Source: Octopus vulgaris (taxonomy: Eukaryota). From it: a stretch of DNA of 64,000 nucleotides. This document shows positions 54,637 to 64,000 of the stretch, piece by piece. How positions within the stretch are numbered: position 1 is the first letter of the stretch; the number at the start of each line of letters is the position of its first letter. Both the position numbers and the translations under genes were made by a program. Under the pieces are notes generated by a model. The model was not told the DNA's origin, did not search any database, and was given only the letters and a program-made list of their open reading frames with translations. The stretch is taken from the NCBI GenBank assembly GCA_951406725.2, contig OX597819.1, positions 87,234,001 through 87,298,000 of the forward strand, given 5' to 3'.

Positions 54637-54900
54637 AAGGCTGTGTGGTTAAGAAGCATGCTTTACAACCACGTGGTTTCGGGTTCAGTCACACTATACA
54701 GCTTTGGCAAGTGTCTTCTACTGTAGCCCTGTGCCAATCAATGCCTTGTGAGTTAATTTGGTAGACGGAAACTATGTGAAAGCTCGTTTTGTGTGTGTGT
54801 GTGTGTGTGTGTGTACTGAGTTCGATTTTTTCGACTAAATTCTCCAAGGCGGTGCCCCAACATGGCCACATTCCAGTGACTATAACTAAAAAAGGACAAA
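54637..54900 (+). mobile_element. tRNA-derived SINE (family of 23483), degenerate
   Basis: ggctgtgtggttaagaag...gggttcagtc...ggcaagtgtctt...ggcggtgccccaacatggccac. Confidence 0.7.
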
Positions 54901-55678
54901 AGATATCAGTGAGTACATCATCCACTGTAGCTTCCCTTTTTAAGACTGTAAGGTGTGATTTGAGGGAGATTTGCAGGTCATTTCTAGCCTGTCGAACGAC
55001 CAACAGTGTCTCTCTCTCATCGGATTGTTGAGCTCAGTTTATACTGTAAAATGTAATTAAAAAAACAGCACCAACACGCCACGTCTACAGAGAGCACCTC
55101 TAGGTTATCCCAATTGCAAAAACGTATCGACCAAATTACCTTTGAATTTACATTTTTGTAAAGGAAGGTTATATTCGATAATAAATTCCTAGATGCATAA
55201 TACCTGAAAAACTACACATTGACACAGCTAGAAATCTTTGGCTCATGCGCTAGCTCGATCTGGAATGACCTAGGGCTAAAAAGAAAGACAAAATTGATTA
55301 TACATAGCTATTAGTTCAAATAAAGTTCATTCAACTGCCTCTGTCATTGCTAATCTCATCCACCAACAAATATTTTTTTATTTTTTTACCTAGCTGATAT
55401 ATGGGTTGAGTAATACAGGAAAGCAAACGAAATTAAGATGATTTCACATGAATGGAAGTTGAATGAAGTGTCCTTTGTTTCTAATATACATTTTATTGGA
55501 TTCAACTACTCGAGTGCGGCTTTGCTGGAGCACAAACTTAAACTTTTTACGCGATCATATCGACACCAAATACTTATTTTAGTTATTACAATCGATATAT
55601 TTTGATATAAAGTACATACCCGTTTACACCAGGAAATAAGCATGAACACACAAACTGGAACACACACTCATACACATA

Positions 55679-55789
<111 letters not shown>

Positions 55790-56165
55790 ATAAAATTTAT
55801 ACAGACAGCGATGTACAATGTTTTACCAAAAAGGAAAACTATAATTGTCACCAAACATGACTCGGGTGTTAGAAACACCTACATTGCTAGAAATAAGAGC
55901 TAAAATGCTCTAATGCTGTAGTCAAAGCACTTAATTGTATACATATATACTAACAGGGACTATAATCGCCCGAAACACTGATCGAGATTTCATTATACCG
56001 ACCGGTCAGTTTCGGCAATTTTCGTTACTTCATCAGTAAGGACCGCTCGACCGGCTGATTCCGGACTGAATTCTCTGTCAGTATATAGGTTTACACCATG
56101 TAAAATCTATGGATGATTTAGCAACTCGCTAATGTGTACACCGGAAATTAATATAGACAGCAGTG

Positions 56166-56245
<80 letters not shown>

Positions 56246-56264
<19 letters not shown>

Positions 56265-56468
56265 AAATATTAGAAAAGAAACACCTTTTATCAATTCAAA
56301 ATGAATAATTAAATTACAGCATCTAGAAAATTACATATAATAGAAAACTTAAAAATAAAATAACAATTATTATTTTATTTTAAAGTTTTCTATTAAATGT
56401 AATTTTCTAGATGGTGTAATTTAATTATTCATTTTGAATTGATAAAAGGTGTTTTTTTTCTAATATTT
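56246..56468. repeat. Near-perfect AT-rich palindrome (~110-bp arms, very short loop) next to (TA)n
   Basis: aaatattagaaaagaaacacctttt...aaaataa / ttatttt...aaaaggtgttttttttctaatattt. Confidence 0.85.
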
Positions 56469-57298
56469 AATATATATTATATTGTGTGGAATTTGATTTA
56501 GTATTTCTAAATTGAATTCTTTTTTCCTTGTAAGTTTGGATTTATTCCCTCAAATAATAATTATATATATATATATATATATATATAAATATAACCGAAA
56601 GGCAACATATATATATATATTTAAATGTATGTATGTATGTATGTATGTATGTATGTATGTATGTATGTATGTATGTATGTATGTATGTGTGTATGTATAA
56701 TAGGCTGAGTTAGCTCCATATCAGTATTGGGAGGACAGGACATGCCCACATCCTCAGATGTGCGGAGTCGGTGTGAAGAGAATACAGAAAGAAAAATTAG
56801 AAATCGATTATAGATAAGAATATTCGGGCCTCCAGTGTTCAGTTCGGGTCACGTGAATACTTTGTCAAGCAGTGACCACAATTCGTTCCATAATTGCTCC
56901 ATCTGATATTGATGTCAGGCACTCATTCACAGTTGAACGGTATATGTTTTCTGTTGGCTTACAATGGAATCATTTCCTCCTTTCGCGTACTATCACTATG
57001 GCTTATACCATGCAGTTGTGCTTGACACGCTGACTAATGGGGGAATGACTCGCTGTCGCAGCTAAACTAAAATATGCACTTAACTTCAAAGGACTAATGG
57101 AAGGCTAAATATTCTCACCCTAAGCTATTTATAAATTTCTTTTGAATTTAAAAAATCTCTTCCGTTCGATTTCATACATCTGAGAATGTGGTTGTATTCT
57201 ACCCCTAAGAAATTTTGAATAGTGTAGAGCTAAGTTAAATTATTTAATACAACCTGCTCAATGTAAATGTATCCAGGGTTACTTTCATTCGCTTGAGC

Positions 57299-57329
<31 letters not shown>

Positions 57330-57925
57330 TGTATGTATGTATGTATGTATGTATGTATGTATGTATGTTAGTGTCAGGTCACTTTCGAGTGCTACTGGTA
57401 ACATGTAACCCATTACAACCTGTTGCATGGTCGGGTCGTCGGCGACTAAACCGGCAACCCCACCCACCAAGCTTGCTTGGTGAGAAGGGTGTTTATGGGA
57501 CACCCTTCGGGATGAAAAACAAAACCCGTCAAAGGGCGGAGGAACTCTTGAGAGTCAACGGCCATCCAATAAATGTCTTAAGGCTATATCATGCGCGGGG
57601 ACATAGAAATAATCGGACTGAATACCCGATCGCGCGGTTAAACCATTGGGAGTGAAGGACTCCTAGCCTTTGTTAGGGCATCCTTCTAGGAGAAGGTAAC
57701 TCAGGTAACTGGGATAACTCCGACATAAAACCTGCGACTCAGTGGTTACCGATGATGTTGACTTGTCCTTCTTTTCGGATTATGGCTGCTGTTGCTTAGT
57801 GATTGGGATTGACTCAGTGCACAGCCTTTCCTCACTTAAAAAAAAAATATTCTTGCACAGGCATTGCACGATAACAACATTGATTAAGCTTCGCGTTAGT
57901 TTTTCAGTTTGCATCTCGATGACCG

Positions 57926-58002
57926 AATGTACTGATGAAGTCACGGACATTTAAATTATGCAAGTAATTCTTTTGTTAAAGACCGAAACCGAGGTATACA
58001 TT
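57926..58002 (+). ncRNA. Type-I hammerhead ribozyme motif (tandem copy 1)
   Basis: AATGTA-CTGATGA-aGTC...GACc-GAAA-CCgaGG-TA-TACATT, with a perfect 6-bp stem I. Confidence 0.78.
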
Positions 58003-58471
58003 TAAGTTTGTTTTTTATTTAAATTTTCATATGTCCTGCCCGCCAAATTTGGTTCTGGTATTCGCTGAATTCTTCCTCTAGAGAATTTCCCTTGTAGTTT
58101 GATCGTTGATGATCTTCTTCTAGCATTCGGCCGGCTACCTAGCAGGCCAGCCCTGCCAATATACACATATATTTGAATTTTCTCTGACTTCTCACATTTT
58201 TTGAATGCTGGACTACTGGTTTTAAATTGATATTAAAATTAATATTAATTTATCTCCCTCAATATTTAAATATTTAAATAAATACGTTCCCTAGTTGTAA
58301 GCACTAACCGCAGTGAATTATTCACTGCAGCCCTTCGCTTCAGGAATTTCTTAGCGCGCCAGAACCAAGACATTTGAAATTTCATCCCCGATGTAATCAG
58401 TAAAACTAAGCACGTGTCTGTCTTGACACAGAGAGCTGGGGTTAGTTTTTCAGTTTGCATCTCGATGACCG

Positions 58472-58548
58472 AATGTACTGATGAAGTCACGGACATTTGA
58501 ATTATGCAAGTAATTCTTTTGTTAAAGACCGAAACCGAGGCATGCATT
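58472..58548 (+). ncRNA. Type-I hammerhead motif (tandem copy 2, cleavage-site U mutated to C)
   Basis: AATGTA-CTGATGA...GAAA-CCGAGG-CA-TGCATT. Confidence 0.6.
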
Positions 58549-58987
58549 TAAGTCTGTTTTTTATTTAAATTTTCATATGTCCTGCCCGCCAAATTTGGTT
58601 CTGGTATTCGCTGAATTCTTCCTCTAGAGAATTTCCCTTGTAGTTTGATCGTTGATGATCTTCTTCTAGCATTCGGTCGGCTACCTAGCAGGCCAGCCCT
58701 GCCAATATACACATATATTTGAATTTTCTCTGACTTCTCAGATTTTTTGAATGCTGGACTACTGGTTTTAAATTGATATTAAAATTAATATTAATTTATC
58801 TCCCTCAATATTTAAATATATATATATAAAGTTTGTAAAAGTTTTTAATTTTCATCTCACTAAATTTATCCAGCTGTTGTGTATCTAGTGCACTCTTCGC
58901 CTTGAATGTAATGATATATGTATAATATATGGCGTGTACTGGTACACCGGCGATTATAATTAATTTTATTGTATCGCATTTATCTTT

Positions 58988-59065
<78 letters not shown>

Positions 59066-59223
59066 GTATATTTAATTTTACTTATTAGGGAATAAAAATT
59101 CCGGCATCACAGGAGTTCAAATTATTCTCAATGAGGAAAACTATCTCTGTTATTTAGAGATAGTAGTTCCCTTCATCTCACCATATAAAAGAGTTTTAAT
59201 TTAATTTAATACTACTCATTTCT

Positions 59224-59320
59224 CAGCTACACGTGTTTCTTGAGGTTCATTTTACGGTTCCTTAAGCACGAAGTGTTTTACAGGAACCTTTCTTAAAATG
59301 TAACCCCAATCATCAGGCCT
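59224..59320 (-). ncRNA. Type-I hammerhead motif with long stem II
   Basis: Minus strand reads GGC-CUGAUGA-UUGGGGUUaCAUUUUA..GGUUCCU...AGGAACC.UAAAAUG-AACCUCAA-GAAA-CACGUG-UA-GCU. Confidence 0.72.
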
Positions 59321-59837
59321 CTAAATAACTTTATCATAGTTCGATACCAAATACTATATTTTAATTTTAATTTTAATTTTAACATATAAGTATGTGTATG
59401 TGTAAATAGATTCGCCGGGCCTTACTGAGCAAGCCATAATTTAATTCAAATAAAATTAATAAAAATTTTTAAAATGTAAAATAAAAAAAAAATTTTTTAA
59501 ATACAAATAAGAAATAAAAATTTACAAATACTAAATTCTCACGTAACTTATGTCTGTAAACATTCATATAAAATTAATGTTATTAATTTTATGATGGATA
59601 TAAGAAAGAAGGTTTGAAAATGCAATTTTTATGATGTTTATTCACTTGACCGATTTCACTTTTGTAGAAAAAGATTGTCAAAAGTAAAATGTAAAGCTTT
59701 GTATAAACTTTGTTGTGTTAAGTACTGATTGTCACAAAAGTATTACAATAACAATAAGAAATAAGTGGAAAGTTTACCGGTGAGTGTGTTAAATTATAAG
59801 GCACAAAAAGAAAATGACTCTCCCCAGACACAACAGT

Positions 59838-60901
59838 ATTTTTTATTTTTATTTATTTTTTATTTTATTTTATCTAGTTTCAGCTCACGAGCTGTGGCCA
59901 TGCTGGGGTACCGCCATTTGGTGTTGCTACATGATTTTACTTCACGATTGCTTTTTAGCAATTGCCATTTGGTGCATGAGAGAGTTCGATGCAGCTGCCC
60001 TCATCTGCACCTCATCCCGTGAAGTTGGTTCATCTAGGATACCTGACAGGAAAAGATCCAGTTTTATTTTAAAGACATCTGCATCCACCCCATGCAGGTC
60101 TCTCAGGTTCTTCGGGAGGATATTGAAGAGTTGTGAGCCTCTGAAGCCCAGGCTATCACAGTATCTTGTCCTACATCTTGATGGCAAATTTGGAGTCCTT
60201 GGCACTATGCAGTGGCGCCCTGTTCTAGTATTTGTGTAACTCTCGATGCCAAAGTTTGGGACAAGTCCTTCTAGGATCTTCCAGATGTATATTATGACAT
60301 ATCTTTCTCGCCTACGCTCTAAGGAATAGAGTCTTAATCTCTTGAGTCTTTCCCAGTAGCTTATATGCTGCACAGAGGTTATCTTCGTGTAGCTTCGTTG
60401 GATCGTCTCAAGTTCCGTGATTAATTTGACACTGGATGGTGACCATAGCTGAGAGCAATAGTTAAAGTGGCTTAGGACAAGTGTCCTCCAGAGGACCATC
60501 ATGGTTTCCTGGTCTCTTGTTCTAAAGGTTCTAAGAATCCATCCGGTCAGCCGCCTACATTTCATTGCCAATTTAGCAACACGCACATGAAAGGTTGCAT
60601 CATCACTCATGTAAATACCCAGGTCTCGCACTGATTGCGCCTCTGGGATTGCAATCCCTCCAGGTCTAGTGTATTTATTGAGTATTACATTTAGTTTTGC
60701 ATGCTGATAGCATAAAGCTTGAAACTTTTCAGCATTGAACAGCATGCTATACTTTTTAGTCCACTTGTATATTTTGTCCAGCTCACATTGCAGGTGCATA
60801 GTGTCTTCAGGGTTCTGTATTGCCTGTGAAACTTTTGTATCATCTGCATAACTTGTGATCGTGGCTCTCTGCGTGACTGAGGGCATGTCTAAGAGGGCCA
60901 T
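59838..60901 (-). mobile_element. 5'-truncated CR1-group LINE, same family as 15571-16894
   Basis: A 319-aa ORF closely similar to the other copy (YADD...). The 3' tail is (taaaa)n and the 5' junction is at (TA)n. Confidence 0.93.
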
Positions 60902-60909
60902 TATATATA

Positions 60910-60945
<36 letters not shown>

Positions 60946-61247
60946 TGTATGTATGTATGTATGTATGTATGTATGTATGTATGTATGTATGTATGTTTAA
61001 AGCTTATACCGATCACAGAGCAAATGACTAAGGAAAATAGTCTAATAATGAGGCATATAGGCCAATATTAGACTATTTTCCTAAGTCATTTTCATGGTGG
61101 TCGCTATAAGCTTTAAGCTTATAAAAAATACCATCATTATTATTTACTAAATTGCACTGAATATATATATATATGAGTGAATGTGTGTGTGTGTGTGTGT
61201 GTGTAAATATGCATATACATATGTGTATATAAGTATATATGTGTATG

Positions 61248-61312
<65 letters not shown>

Positions 61313-61734
61313 AACATACATACATACATTCACACACACACACATTTACATATATACATACATACACACATACATACATACATACATACATACATACATA
61401 CATACATACATACATACGTACATACATACATACATACATACGTACATACATACATACATACATACATACATACATACATACATACATACATACAAGCATA
61501 TAAAACGTGTGTGTATACATATATATATATTTGTAACTTGGCGGTTCGACAAATAGTTTTAATGAAATAAGTCGTAGACGGAAACAAGTATTTTATTTGA
61601 TAACATTGAATGCGGTGCCTTAGCATGGCCAGACTCTACTGAATGAATTCAGTAAAAATAGAAAATAGCGTACGCATATGCAAACAATAATTGTGAATGT
61701 ACAAATGATTCACTGTATGTCTATTATGAAATAG

Positions 61735-62119
61735 TGGAGGCGCAATGGCCCAGTGGTTAGGGCAGCGGACTCGCGGTCATAGGATTGCGGTTTCGATTCC
61801 CAGACCGGGCGTTGTGAGTGTTTATTGAGCGAAAACACCTAAAGCTCCACGAAGCTCCGGCAGGGGATGGTGGTGATCCCTGCTGTACTCTTTCACCACA
61901 ACATTCTCTCACTCTTACTTCCTGTTTCTGTTGTACCTGTATTTCAAAGGGCGGCCTTGTCACTCTCTGTGTCACGCTGAATATCCCCGAGAACTACGTT
62001 AAGGGTATACGTGTCTGTGGAGTGCTCAGCCACTTACACGTTAACTTCACGAGCAGGCTGTTCCGTTGATTCGGATCAACCGGAACCCTCGTCGTCGTAA
62101 CCGACGGAGTGCTTCCATC
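61735..62119 (+). mobile_element. Full-length tRNA-derived SINE with 12-bp target-site duplication
   Basis: A-box tggcccagtgg and B-box ggtttcgattccc. ATTATGAAATAG occurs at 61723-61734 and 62120-62131. Confidence 0.88.
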
Positions 62120-63417
62120 ATTATGAAATAGCCATATATAGCTAGTTAGTTCTATAGTAAAAACTTAACGCAGACCCATGATATGAGAAGCATTATTAAA
62201 AGAAAACTACAGCAAATTCCTCTGTGGGGACAAACAGACATTAACCACAACGAAAATTATCGGAATTTTGAGCAAATTCTATGAAGTGCACTATCTCGCG
62301 GGGATAACTTATTTGATAATATTATAATCTGAAGTCTCGCAGTAAGGAACGTGCTCCTAAATTAAGCACATGAGCAATTAAATTACTGCAGATTAGTCCA
62401 ATAAAACGCATACGCATGTATGTGCATGTATGAATATATGTGTGTATGTCTGTGTATGTGTGCACGCACGTGAATGTGTGCTGTGCGTGTACATACACAT
62501 ATGCATGATATATATATATGTATATATATATATACGCACGCGCGCACGCACACACACACACACATACATACATATATATATATATATCAGAGCGAGAAAA
62601 GCGAATAGATATGTATGTGTAAATGTATGCATACTTGAATGTAATTATGTATATAATTATACATAGTTGCATATATTTATGCCTGTTTGTGTATGTATGT
62701 ATGCATGCATGTATGTATATATGCATGTATGTATGCGTGTATGTATATATGTATGCATGTATGTATGTATATATTGTTGAAATTCATCCTCTATGAATAG
62801 TTGTTCTATGATCTTTGTAAGTATAAGTGTTTCCTTTTTGATATATTTGGGACATATTTCAACTTCTAAATGCAATTTCAATGCAGGTCTGTGGAGTAAA
62901 ATTCCCACCTATGGTAAAAACGTTAGCTAGACTATCATCAGCTCAGCTCAAAGCAACCTATGTGGATCGCTAGATGCGCATATCTGGCTCGTTATTCCGT
63001 CTTCAGTCACTGACAGGGAGCCTTAGTCTTATCATAAATCAATACAAGCAACTGATTTACTCCAGTAAACCACTCGATTTGATCAAATGCATAAGAAATA
63101 TCGCGAAGCGGTGACAAAAATTAAGCAAACTGTAGGTTAGTTCAAATATGTTTCAATATCTAAAAGCAATGTCGCTGCGGTTCACCATGGAAGAAAATTT
63201 TCACTTACTGGTCAAAGGTGTAAACGCACAATTATCAACTCAACGTTCTCTCTCTTAGACCGCTAGAAGCGCGTTCTTAGTTATTTATTCTGCCTCAGTA
63301 ACGGATATTCATCAGAGAGGAAATTTTAGTCATGAGGAGTACATACAAACTGTTATCAAAGATACATGGAACTCCTACAAAGTGTGTTGAGTGTGACTTT
63401 CGTTTGCTCGCTCACGT

Positions 63418-63662
<245 letters not shown>

Positions 63663-63887
63663 ACATATATATATATATGCATGTGTTTGTATGCATGTAT
63701 ATATGTATAAAGAGACAGATAAATAGAGAGAGTGAGAGATATGACGAGCTTCTTTTAGTTTCTGTCAACCAAATCCACCCACATAGCTTTGGTCAGCCGG
63801 AGACTATTGTAGAAGTTACTTGCCAAAGGTGCCACTGAAGCAGGAACTATGTGGTCTAGTAACTTCTTACCACACGACCACACCTGT

Positions 63888-63923
<36 letters not shown>

Positions 63924-64000
63924 GCATACAAATACACAAACGCATGCGCGCACACACACACACACACACAGACACACACACATTTATATACAGGTATGTA

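Larger units (their letters stand above)
57895..58817 (+). repeat. Direct repeat (~380-bp copies, 546-bp period), each copy carrying a hammerhead
   Basis: 57895-58275 matches 58441-58817 with few substitutions. Confidence 0.9.

Noticed and set aside
61735-61810. tRNA-like A/B boxes here and at other SINE heads
   Set aside because: They continue into SINE bodies (with a TSD in this case) and no convincing cloverleaf was found, so they are not called tRNA genes.
62930-63320. CTGATGA matches on the minus strand at ~62935 and ~63310 (also plus-strand 23430, 26822, 33367)
   Set aside because: There is no correctly placed GAAA and no stems, so these are chance matches.

Overview
This is an AT-rich, gene-poor, microsatellite-saturated animal genomic window. 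The SINE families and the neuropeptide gene point to an octopod cephalopod (inference). Only one host protein-coding sequence is supported: an achatin-family neuropeptide precursor on the minus strand (51075-51737). It has a signal peptide and 13 copies of GFGD, the sequence of Octopus cardioactive peptide Ocp-1/2, which occurs with D-Phe at position 2. The rest is transposon-derived: CR1-group, Tx1/L1, R4/Dong and RTE LINE pieces, a Penelope-like element (RT plus GIY-YIG), mariner and pogo DNA transposons, MITEs, Helitron-type ends and tRNA-derived SINEs. The main signal not shown by the ORF track is about 12 type-I hammerhead ribozyme motifs from at least 7 distinct sequence families. Most have a palindromic stem III. 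They sit in inverted or tandem repeat modules, usually within a few hundred bp of (TA)n tracts, and include a 546-bp-period hammerhead tandem with retrozyme-like (circRNA-producing) architecture. Coordinates were read by eye and may be off by a few bases.
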